Shown: positions 12,341-22,142 of the stretch, piece by piece
Layout: each line of letters opens with the position of its first letter
Position numbering within the stretch: the stretch's first letter is position 1
NCBI GenBank assembly: GCA_017654855.1
Contig: CM030332.1
Coordinates: 620,001-684,000 of the forward strand
Direction of reading: 5' to 3'
DNA from: Podospora anserina
Taxonomy: Eukaryota
DNA: 64,000 nt
Made by a program: the position numbers and the translations under genes
The notes under the pieces: model-generated
The model's database searches: none
Told to the model about the DNA's origin: nothing
What the model saw: the letters and a program-made list of their open reading frames with translations, nothing else

Positions 12341-14412
12341 TTACCATTCAGAAACCTCCCCTCTCGCTGGCTTCTCGACGCGCACGACTTTATCGCAATT
12401 GAGAAGGCAGAGGGGGTCGAATGCCGTCTTGATCTGTCGGGGTTGTCAGCATTTGATCTTGTTTTCAAATGGTAAAAAAGGATGAAAAATTACCTTTCTC
12501 ATAGCATCAACTGTGCTCTCTCCCAGCTCATGAGGGAGGTAATCCCTCTTGACAAGCCCAACACCATGCTCGCCCTGTTGATTCAACCGCATTAGTTTTT
12601 TCCATCCCTCCAGAGTTCAACACAGAAAGCTATAAAAAATAAATAAATAAAAACTCACAGTCACAGTCCCCTCCATCTCCACAGCCCTCTTCACCATCCG
12701 ATGAACACACTCCTCGGCCAACTTCCTCTCCGCATCCGAGTACAACAAGATAATATGGAAGTTCCCATCCCCGACATGTCCCACAATCGAGCTCTTCAAC
12801 CCCGACCGTCCCAGATCCTGCTTCGTCTGGTCAATAATGTCCGGCAGCCTGCTCATCGGGACAGCCACGTCCCCCGTCCACACCCGGTCCCCGGGCTTCT
12901 TCACCGCCATGGTGCTCCAGAGCGCCTCCTTCCTCGCGCTCCAGAGCTCGACCCGTTCCTGCTCGTCCTTGGCAAAGTCAAACGACTTGCCGCCGCTGCC
13001 CTTGGTGATCTTTTGGACGATGGCCACCTGCTCTTTTACCCCCGAGGGGGTACCGGTGAATTTGAAGAAAATAGTGGGCGCCTCCTTCCAGCTTCTGGAC
13101 GTAGCGCCAGCTTGGTTGATGAACCTCATCTGGTCGTCATCTAGAATCTCTACCGCAGCAACGGGGACACCCTCCCCTACCACCTTGGCGACACAGTTGG
13201 CCGCTTCTCTGATGGACCCAAACGATGCCACAGCGACGGATTCACTAGCAGGTTTAACCGTAACCTTGAGCGTCGCCTCCGTCACCAAACCCAGTGTGCC
13301 CTCACTACCGATAAACAGCCTCGTCAAATCATACCCCGCCGAACTCTTTCTTGGTCTCTGTCTCGTCTTGATGACTGTCCCGTCGGCCATGACAACCGTA
13401 AGACTCAAAACCCACTCCCTCATCGTCCCGTACCTGTACGCGTTTGTGCCCGAGCATCCAGTCCCAATCATCCCCCCAATCTGCGCCCCCGGCCCTGGAT
13501 CAGGCGGGAAAAACAAATTTTGCTCCGCGAGCATCTCGTTCAGATCCTCCCACCCTACACCAGGCTGGACAACCACGTCCAAGTCATCCTTGTGCAACGA
13601 GAGCACCTTGTTCATCCTTGAGAAATCAATGCATATCCCTGATCTAGTCGGGGTATAATGCCCTTCCAGACTCGTCCCCCCAGAGTATCCCACCACGGGA
13701 ATCCGTCTGTAATGGCACACCTTCATCAACTCGGACACCTCCTCGGTTGTGGCGGGGTAAACGACGCAAAAGGGCTTCTGGTCGTCGGCAGCGCGGTGGG
13801 TGGACCACTCCGAGGTGGCGTGCTGGGAGATGACGTCGTCCGCGGTCGAGACGTTTTCCTTGCCGACGATGGCGACAAAGTCGGACCAGGCGGCCTCGAG
13901 GTGGGCGGGGTTGAGGTTGTGCTTGGGGGGTTTGGTGGCTGCCAGGGGGAGGGTGGAGGCCGGGTCGGCTTCTTTGGGGTATTTGAGGCCGCACCAGTAG
14001 GAGATTGCGCCGACGGTGAAGAGGACTGTGGGTAGGAAGGGAGGGTAAGTTATGATGGTAGGGATATAGGGGGTAAAAGGGGGCAAGTACCAAAGGTCAT
14101 GCCCATCATCCTGCCCAGGCTGTTTTGGGGGCGCATGTGGGAGAGGCGTTTGAGATCATCTCTTTCGCGCTGGATGCGCTTGGTGATGGACTGTGTGAGT
14201 TGGCCCTTGAAGGAGGGGCCGCTGGAGGGTTTCTTGGTGGTGGTGGAGGAGGAAGTAGAGGAGGGAGGGGGGCTGAAGCGCTGTGTTGACTCGAGGCGGC
14301 GGAATTGTAACGGTGTGCTGGTGGTTCTGCTGGGGCGCATAGAGGGGAAGGAGGATGGCCGGGCTCCGGGAGCTGTCGCCAGCTTGGGCATCTTGCCCGC
14401 AAGCCGCGACAT
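12341..14412 (-). CDS. DLD1: FAD-linked D-lactate dehydrogenase (cytochrome), mitochondrial; exons 14412-14091, 14025-12659, 12574-12494, 12433-12341
   Basis: FAD-binding motifs SGGTSLEGH, PDPGPGAQIGGM and GSEGTLG, then GHVGDGNFH, and GEHGVG after splicing. Three GT-AG introns restore the frame to the TAA at 12341-12343. The N-terminus is Arg/Ser-rich like a presequence. Confidence 0.9.
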
Positions 14413-15740
14413 AGTTTCTAAGTATCTGAGCAATCAATTGGGGTTGCGCAGGGTCGAGATTGGAGTGTAGGGGGCGTATATCGTTGGCCGTTGGAGGGGT
14501 GGTATATCGTGGGGTTGTGGTCGTGGGACGGGATGCCAAGGTTGGAGCTTCGAAGGTTGCTTAGAAAAAAGATAGTTCCCCTGCCCGTGAGCTCCGTGTC
14601 TCCACTCTGCCGATTGGACTGGCTTGGCCGCGGCTCCGTGCAACGACATAACGGGCGCCAGCTCCGGGCGTCGGGTTGTAGCGTTGACTACGAGTAAGAG
14701 GGAACTGCATTGTTTGACACCAGGTCAAATGGATGGATGTGAGGATTCTACAGAGAAAGCTGGGAATATCTATAATAGAGATGAGTTCTTCGGTTGAACC
14801 TCACAACCCTAACCCACTGCCCGATTAGGAAGTTTCCAACAACAAGGCAACTGGAAAGAACGACCCGTTGGCGGAGGCAAGCTGGGGTTTTGATGAAAGT
14901 TCGGAGGCCGCGGCAAAGCATATCAATTCTTTTCTTCAAATAGAGTTCCTATATAAACTCGCCGAATCATGTTTATGACTTGCCCTGCATGCTTCGCCCC
15001 CTCCCCAACCAGCCTCGAGCTCGCCAAAGCAGAGATCTCCTCAGGAGTCTAGCTTCCCAAGAACTGGTAGCACAACGACTGAACTTGGCGAGTGAGTCTC
15101 TCGATAGGTACGCCGTTATGATTGGAGCTAGTCGTATCCTGTAGATTTTCTATGCCTATTGCGGCCAGGGCTTTGCGGCTGAGGTTGGGACGGATCATGT
15201 TATTGGTGATGAATTGGGTATTGACCTTGGTTCACTTTCAGCACCAGTGATCTCCGTCCCACAGTGTCCCTTTGTGCCATATGGTTGCTGCGCGATGATT
15301 TTTGCCAACGTTGGGTATTGGAAGTCGAGCTAACCAGGCACTTTCTGCCTTGCGAGCTTCGAAAAGCGACTACTTGGCTGTCTCCAAGTCGATCCTCCAG
15401 GATCCTAAGCGCCAGACTGTTGTCTTTGTTTTGCTACTCAGACAACAACATTCAGCACCAAGCCTCCTGCGATCCAGTAACTGACCATCCATTAGTCACG
15501 GGAATCGACAGGGCCGTCGTCTCAGCTGAGTATATATATCACTCCATTCTCACCTCCCATTTCCAACAAAAGCACACTTCACCATCTGCTTATACCGTTG
15601 AGCTTGCCTGACCCGGATCTATCCAAATCTCCTGAATTCTATCTAGACCACTGAATACCGTAAGTCTTTCCCACCAACCTCTAGCTGAAGGTCCAATCAC
15701 TCACCCCTGCTGCCATACATCTCAGTCACCACAGACCAAG

Positions 15741-15905
15741 ATGGACAAGGAAAACGATGCGCCACAGGGCTACCAAAACGGCGATCTCGGGAGCGATAAC
15801 CCTCAACTTGACGTGGACTTCCCGATCACGGAAACCGTTACCGAAGGGTTGTACCAAGAATGGGTCGCGGGAAGGGACGAGACGGACTCTACCTCTTCTC
15901 AGTAG
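15741..15905 (+). CDS. Candidate 54-aa acidic microprotein with a spliced 5' UTR
   Basis: TATATATAT at 15531-15539; putative UTR intron 15660-15725 (GTAAGT...CTCAC...CAG); start context CAAGATGG. Translation MDKENDAPQGYQNGDLGSDNPQLDVDFPITETVTEGLYQEWVAGRDETDSTSSQ*. No homology recognised. Confidence 0.45.
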   Translation: MDKENDAPQGYQNGDLGSDNPQLDVDFPITETVTEGLYQEWVAGRDETDSTSSQ

Positions 15906-16063
15906 ACAATACCTACCCGCTGGGAATTACATCTCGATTCCGTGTGACAGTGGGTGATAAACATGGCAGCTGGCCAAGATAGAAAACTTTCATCAAAACT
16001 AGCTATTATAACACAGAATCAACAATCGGTGTATGAGTGAGTGACAGTGTCCATGTACTACTA

Positions 16064-17848
16064 CTACTCCCCCTTCCCCCTCGCCAACCCAACAACATCA
16101 ACCCACTCCTTTGGCCTTCTCCTCCCCTCCACCTCCAAAAACCCCTCCACATCCCTCGCAAAACCCAGCAACTGCTCCTCCGCCCCCCACTCCCCCATCC
16201 CCATCACCCCCACAGGCAAAACCCCCTCCCCTTGCTCAGCCTCGACATAACCCCCCGGACAAGTGACAGCCGGACAACCACTCGTGTTAGCCACCCAAGC
16301 AAAGGTCATATTCTTTATACTCAGATTCCCATCCGAGCACCCATACGCCTCGTCCCCGTCACAAATCTTCCACCCTGCTATCGGGGTTGTAGGCGTGAGA
16401 ACAATCATGTCTGGGTGCTGCTCCCACAGCCAGGCCAGGTGCGCCATGATGACGTGCCTGATTTGGCCATAAGATAAATAGTCCGTTGCTGGGGTGTGCG
16501 TCGCCGCGGAAACAAGCATGCGGTTGGCGTGGTTGAGGGGGGCGAGGTAGTTACTGGGATTACGGGCGAAGGCCTCGGTTGCGGCTTCGGTGAGGCAGGT
16601 TGCCGCGTGGGCTAGCTGCCCTTCCCTCAGATAGGGGAGGGAGATGTCGACTGCGGTGTACCCCTTGACAGTGGTGAGGTATTCAACGCAGGAGCTGAAG
16701 ACTTTGAGCACGTCCGGGTCCGCACGGGCGATCCAAGCGCGGCAGATACCCAATGTTTTCTTCGACCCAGGAGAAGGCGGGACGGACAGACACAAAAGGT
16801 TCTGGCCTGGGTCGGAGGGGTTAGGTTGGGACATGACACGGTAAGCGATGGTCAGGTCGGCTACCGTTGATGTCATGGGCCCGACAACACACATGGACGT
16901 GGCGCGGGAGCAGGTGCGGTTAAAGGTTGGTTTGAGGCCGTAGACGCCGCAAAAGGCAGGGGGGATGCGCATGCTGCCTCCGGCGTCGGTGCCGATTGCC
17001 ACCGGCACCAGTCCCGCACAGAGACCGCTCCCCGCGCCGGAGGAGGAGCCGCCGGGGAAGTAACGGGTGTTGTACCAGTTCGTTGCTGTCCCTGTCACGG
17101 GATTACAGCCGGTGGTGTCCATCCCTATCTCGTGCTGGTTCATCTTGCCCACCATGATCGCGCCCTGCTCTTGCATCTTCAACGCGGGCCAGCACGTCTC
17201 CGGTTCGGGCTTGTTGAAGTAGGCGACCGTCTTGTCGACCTTCATCCCCATGGTCGAGACATACCCCTTGACTTCAGTGTCGGCCTTGACGCCAAAGGGA
17301 ACACCGTCCAAAATGCCGAGCTGCTTTCCCTCTTTCCACCGCTCCGTGCTCTCTCTGGCATGTTGAAGCACCTCATCGACATTGGACTCGATGAACGCAA
17401 CAGCATATTTGCTCTCCTCGTCACCAACGTCTCTCCTGATAAGAGGAAGGAGCGCCTCGACTACATCAAGGGGAGTAGCCTGACCTGACTTGTAGAGCTC
17501 ATGGTAATCAGCAATCGAATTAAACCGGCCCTTGCAGTCGGCCGACTTGGGGGTGACGAGGTACCCCTCCTCAAGCGGCAGCATAGGGCCCGTTTCCCCA
17601 AGGGGGGCAACATCAGGTTTGACGCGCCAGGGGACAGAGCTGTCGAGTCCGGGGGCGTGTTTGGGCTGGCCAAACTTGGCGTTGTTCCAGAGCCATTTCT
17701 GGAGGACGGAGGAGTTGGATAACAGAGTGGAGGCAATAACCAAAGGCCAGCCTCTCAGCGGCGGGTTGTGGTCCTCTTCGTGATGATACTCGAGGGCAGC
17801 GGCAGGTGCCTCTTTGGCGCCGGGGTAGTTGGCGAATTTGTCTGCCAT
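16064..17848 (-). CDS. Amidase signature family enzyme (fatty-acid amide hydrolase / GatA-like)
   Basis: Ser-cisSer-Lys triad motifs LDGVPFGVKAD, PGGSSSG and IGTDAGGSMRIP. The likely start is MADKF at 17848; the ORF track extends to 17935. Confidence 0.92.
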   Translation of the reverse strand: MADKFANYPGAKEAPAAALEYHHEEDHNPPLRGWPLVIASTLLSNSSVLQKWLWNNAKFGQPKHAPGLDSSVPWRVKPDVAPLGETGPMLPLEEGYLVTPKSADCKGRFNSIADYHELYKSGQATPLDVVEALLPLIRRDVGDEESKYAVAFIESNVDEVLQHARESTERWKEGKQLGILDGVPFGVKADTEVKGYVSTMGMKVDKTVAYFNKPEPETCWPALKMQEQGAIMVGKMNQHEIGMDTTGCNPVTGTATNWYNTRYFPGGSSSGAGSGLCAGLVPVAIGTDAGGSMRIPPAFCGVYGLKPTFNRTCSRATSMCVVGPMTSTVADLTIAYRVMSQPNPSDPGQNLLCLSVPPSPGSKKTLGICRAWIARADPDVLKVFSSCVEYLTTVKGYTAVDISLPYLREGQLAHAATCLTEAATEAFARNPSNYLAPLNHANRMLVSAATHTPATDYLSYGQIRHVIMAHLAWLWEQHPDMIVLTPTTPIAGWKICDGDEAYGCSDGNLSIKNMTFAWVANTSGCPAVTCPGGYVEAEQGEGVLPVGVMGMGEWGAEEQLLGFARDVEGFLEVEGRRRPKEWVDVVGLARGKGE

Positions 17849-18321
17849 TTGGGCAGTGATAGCTTCAGAAACTTGGGCTGACCCCAATCTGCAAATACCC
17901 GTCAGTTTTAAGCCTCGAGAAACAGGTTCATGCAAGTAACCTACCTGCTGACACTGCTGACTGTTGTTTTCCGTCTTGATAAGAATGGCAAATCAGACAA
18001 AGGCAGCCCGTATCTCTTGGGCTGGGGAATCGGGTGAGGTGAGATGCGGATGACAGGGGCCCTTGAACGGCGTCACTTGCTGTCCAGTCAAACGGGTTTT
18101 TGCAACAGGTCCGAGATCCTAACCGAGTTGGATGGCTTTGACGTCGATTTGAGAATCCCAGTCGAAAAATAAACAGACCGACAACAGCTGTGATATCAAT
18201 TCCTATTCTGACTGTTCGTCTTGCTCTCGTCCAAACTCCCTTACCTTACCACCTCACCAACCATGGCTCGTCTGGAACCAGGGGTTCAAGACGCTGACCA
18301 AGACACACTGACGGACAACTA

Positions 18322-18863
18322 CGGTGGTATTCGTTCGCCTCTGTCTCAAAACCTCTCTGGCCCCACTAAAGGCCCGGCAAAGCATGCCCGACTAGCTACA
18401 TATAGAAAAAGCTTTGCTATATTAATACTATAAAAGGCTTCTAAATATAATAAAAGCTAAAAATTACTAGTAAAAAATTTGGTTTTATTTATTACATTTT
18501 TTAGTACTATTTATAATAATCAAAACAATAGTAATAGTAATAGTAGTAGTAATAGTATTAGTATATATGTACTAAATGTAAGGTTAGACCTATAGCAATA
18601 TACATATATAAAGTTAAAGTTACATTTATATATATACAAGTTATAGTACTATCGATACTGTATATATTACTTTATTCCTTTATTTTATTTTATTTGAAAT
18701 TATAATATATATAAAAGCCTTAATTTAGCTATATTTTATTTACAATTTTATACTCATACGCTTTTAAAGCTATAGTACGAGGCTTTTAGCCGGATTAATG
18801 ATACCAAGGCCGCTTTTTGTAGGGCAAAAGAGGTTCTGAGACAGAGGCGAACGAATACCACCG
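18322..18863. mobile_element. Non-autonomous Tc1/mariner-superfamily-type TIR element (MITE-like), 542 bp, with RIP-like AT-rich interior
   Basis: Terminal inverted repeats CGGTGGTATTCGTTCGCCTCTGTCTCA(A/G)AACCTCT match at 34 of 35 positions, with weaker similarity out to about 50 bp. TA dinucleotides flank both ends (18320-21 and 18864-65). The interior is extremely AT- and TpA-rich with no ORF. Confidence 0.9.
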
Positions 18864-20227
18864 TAGACACCACCTGCCACCGCTCCCGTTAAAAAGAGGG
18901 GTACCCACATCGACCATGAACCTCGGCATCTTTTTCCTTGTTCTATCTCAAACAATGCCTCCTGATCAAGACACCAACAAGCACAAGCAAACAAGCACAA
19001 GCAAACAAGCACAGCATGCTGTAGTGTCAAGTTAACATTCCGACAGTGATATCCATGGGTAGAATCATCATCGTGTGGCGTCGTGGTGTAGCAACGTTGT
19101 AGACCAATCACATTAAATCCATCCCTTTCAACAACCAACAGAGCCCTACCGCAAGCTTAAATCCCATTTTGTGCAACTATAGCATATCCGTTTCGTGTCA
19201 CCATATCAAAATCACCACATCAAAAATGAACATCCCAAAAATTGTTAAATAACCCCGAGGCTTTCTTCTCGCCCAGCCGTCTCTCTGCTTTAAGTTTCCG
19301 CCTATTCTAAAGCTCGAAACCACTGAAAGCTATGTAGGTAAATACCTCTCTTATCTATATCTTATCCCTTCCCTGCCGACCTGCAACTAAGCATCAACAA
19401 AATCGATGCCCAGTTCCACAAGTACAGCGCCAGTTGCAAAATCAGAAAAAACGCTGTTAAACCACAGCATATCCTAGACTTGCCGATTCACCCTTTCTAT
19501 CCATTCCTGTAAAAGTGAAAAAAAAATTCCCCAGTCATCAAAAGCCAGCCAGCCTGTTATCCAGACCCCCTTTCCTTGAATCCTGAAAGAAAGAAGAAAC
19601 CACCACCATCATAGATAGTGGTGTGATGAAAAAACAAACCCACCCAACCCCGGATGTTGCGTGTCAAGCCAAAAAAACGAATGATGCCTTTCCTTTCCCT
19701 TGTTTACCCTTCCCCATTGCCATGCCGAGAATCTTCGCTAATAGCTGCGCAAAAAACAACAACTCGCTGAAGTTTCAGTAAAAAAGAGAGAGAGATATCG
19801 CCGCCGCCGCCCAATGTTGTGCCAAACGTGTGTAATAGTGTCGATGTAACGCACGAACTGTTCCTCCCAAAAGCAAATCCATGCTGTCCATATTTCCGGG
19901 GTTGTGTGTGTAAACGACGGTAAGAAAGTGAAAAGGGTCAAAATAAAAAATGTGATGTATAAAAAAACCAATAACGCCTTCAGCTTCGAGAGCTGATATT
20001 TCCCTGTGCCCCATGCCCCAATTCCTAAACGCCTTGATGGGAAGCCAAATGACGTGATGAAAAAAAAGATGTCCAGGCTGAGAAAGTCGAGAGACAAACT
20101 CTGCTGCTGGAATGCTTGTCATTCCTGGCCATGCTGATAGATTCGCCCCCTTGTTGTAGTAGTTGTAGACTGTGCCCGGTCTAATTCGTGATAATGCCGA
20201 GTAAGCCCTGCTGTCCTAGAGATGCCC

Positions 20228-21781
20228 TTACCGGCCACCAAGCCTCAGCAGCTTCGTCCTCAGCCAGAGCACAAACCCGGCCCAGTAGCTCTGCGTCTTC
20301 CGCTTGGGGCCGCTCCCTCTTCGCGGCCGAGTCTGCTCAAACCGCACAGCGTCGACATTAGGGCCGAAGGCGGGCGGCGTCTCGAGCGGAACGCTGTCGT
20401 ACTTGCGGCTCATGAAGCGTATCTGCTCCTCGCCGCTCGGCGAGTTGGTGTGGCGCCTGTTGATGGCGCCGCCGACCTGGGGAGCGGAAGAAGAGGTGTA
20501 GGCTCCTTCAAGGTCCTGTCGCGAAGAGTTGCTGACGGTCGTGCCCTCGGTCCAAGAAGCGCCCTTTCTACCAAAGACAGCCTGGATGCCGCTGGAGGTG
20601 GATGCGGGGGGAGAAATAACATTGCTAAGGCTGTTCCCAGTGTTCTTGCGGTGGATGGACGGACGGGCTGGGGCTCCCTTCTCGATGCGACTCGCTTCCT
20701 TGGTGTCCCTACGCTCCCTCTTCTTGATCATCTCGCGGTCGTACTTTTCCTCCTTGATGTTCTCGCGCTCCTCAAACTTGCGGCGAGCGGCTCGGATCTT
20801 TTCGGCGCGGTTAGCCGTGTCCAGCTCGGAGCGGCTGCGAAGTCGGGGAAAGTTCGCCATGTCGAGCGAGCTGCGCAAAGGCGACATTTGAGTGGCGCCA
20901 GAAGATGAGTTGTTGATTGTTCCGGCTCCGATACTGCCGGTTGGCGAGTCGAGAGTGGTGCCCAAGGACACGCTGACGCTGTTTGTCAACTGCAGATCGG
21001 ACTGGCTAGTCGTGGAGATGGTGCCATTCGCAAGTCGAGAAATGACAGTCGCACCTGACGCCGACCTGGAAGTGCCACCTGTCGTATTGATGCGGAGAGA
21101 GGGCGCTTTGGAAGGTACCTCGGTGTATGACCCGGTGCGCTGGCTCTGGAGCGATGGTCGGCGGGGATTTGAGAGATTTGACTGCGATGATAACGCTGGT
21201 GGCGGGGCAGAGGAGTGGCTATGGCTGTGGTTATGGTATTGCGCAGGAGAGTCAAAATCGTCAAAGTCGTCCTCGTTCTCGGTAATAGTGGGGGAGCAGT
21301 TGCGCTCGTTGTGAGTGCTATTGATGGTATTCGCAACGGTATTGTCAAACGAAGCAAGCGAGTTCGCATATGACAAGGGTGGCGTCGACGTCCGCGGGGC
21401 CTGCGCAAAAGGATGGATGAAAGCTCCTCCGCGAGGACCGCTGCCAGTAGAAGCTTGCGACGGCGTACGGCCGTGGTGGAATTTGGCTCGAATGCTGCTT
21501 CCGCCGCCTGGAACAGACACCACGTTGCTCTCGACACCCAGACCCATTGCTCCTCCTGATAAGCCACCAGGGAACGCCTTCTCATCCCACTCCCCATTCT
21601 CCAGCTGCTCAATCGACTGCTCATCCCACCCTCTATCCAGATCCAGCGAGTTCTTTTCCGAATGCGACAGCTTCAGGTTCTTCGCTGTCTTCAATATTGG
21701 CTTCACCATCTTTCCCCTCGCCTTCGTCAGCTTTTTATTGAGCACCGCACCACCGCCAACGGTCGTCATTTCTGGCAACAT
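20228..21781 (-). CDS. Hypothetical Ser/Thr-rich, largely disordered protein (517 aa)
   Basis: Long ATG-initiated ORF with a charged helical segment (RAARRKFEERENIKEEKY), short ordered motifs (VKPILK, FIHPFAQAPR) and an amphipathic C-terminus (WAGFVLWLRTKLLRL). No function recognised. Confidence 0.8.
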   Translation of the reverse strand: MLPEMTTVGGGAVLNKKLTKARGKMVKPILKTAKNLKLSHSEKNSLDLDRGWDEQSIEQLENGEWDEKAFPGGLSGGAMGLGVESNVVSVPGGGSSIRAKFHHGRTPSQASTGSGPRGGAFIHPFAQAPRTSTPPLSYANSLASFDNTVANTINSTHNERNCSPTITENEDDFDDFDSPAQYHNHSHSHSSAPPPALSSQSNLSNPRRPSLQSQRTGSYTEVPSKAPSLRINTTGGTSRSASGATVISRLANGTISTTSQSDLQLTNSVSVSLGTTLDSPTGSIGAGTINNSSSGATQMSPLRSSLDMANFPRLRSRSELDTANRAEKIRAARRKFEERENIKEEKYDREMIKKRERRDTKEASRIEKGAPARPSIHRKNTGNSLSNVISPPASTSSGIQAVFGRKGASWTEGTTVSNSSRQDLEGAYTSSSAPQVGGAINRRHTNSPSGEEQIRFMSRKYDSVPLETPPAFGPNVDAVRFEQTRPRRGSGPKRKTQSYWAGFVLWLRTKLLRLGGR

Positions 21782-22120
21782 TTTCCTTCTTTCTTTCCTT
21801 TTGTACTGCCCAATTTGCGCAATTCTCCTTTTTTCCCAGTATGCGGGGAAAAGTCGATGATCGGAGTTCCCAAGATGACGTTGCTGCCGCGTCTGAATGT
21901 CGTCTTCGATTTTTCGGATCCTCCGGAATTCAACAGCGCTGCGCGCGGTTCAATTTTCAAGCACGACAACGACAAAACCAGCAAAAAGGAACAGGGAGAA
22001 CAAGACGAGACTGCGGGGCTGAATGCATCTGATGGTCGCAGTGCCAAAACTAAGAAAAATAGAAACTTCCCCCTCTTTTTTTCTTTTGCGATCTTTGCCC
22101 CGAGCGCTGGGCCTTGCACC

Positions 22121-22142
22121 TCTCTCTCTCTCTCTCTCTCTC
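22121..22142. repeat. (TC)11 microsatellite
   Basis: Read directly from the sequence; it lies upstream of the 517-aa gene. Confidence 0.9.

Noticed and set aside
14805-14815. AACCCTAACCC telomere-like sequence, considered as a telomerase RNA template or interstitial telomere
   Set aside because: Fewer than two repeat units, and no supporting RNA structure recognised.
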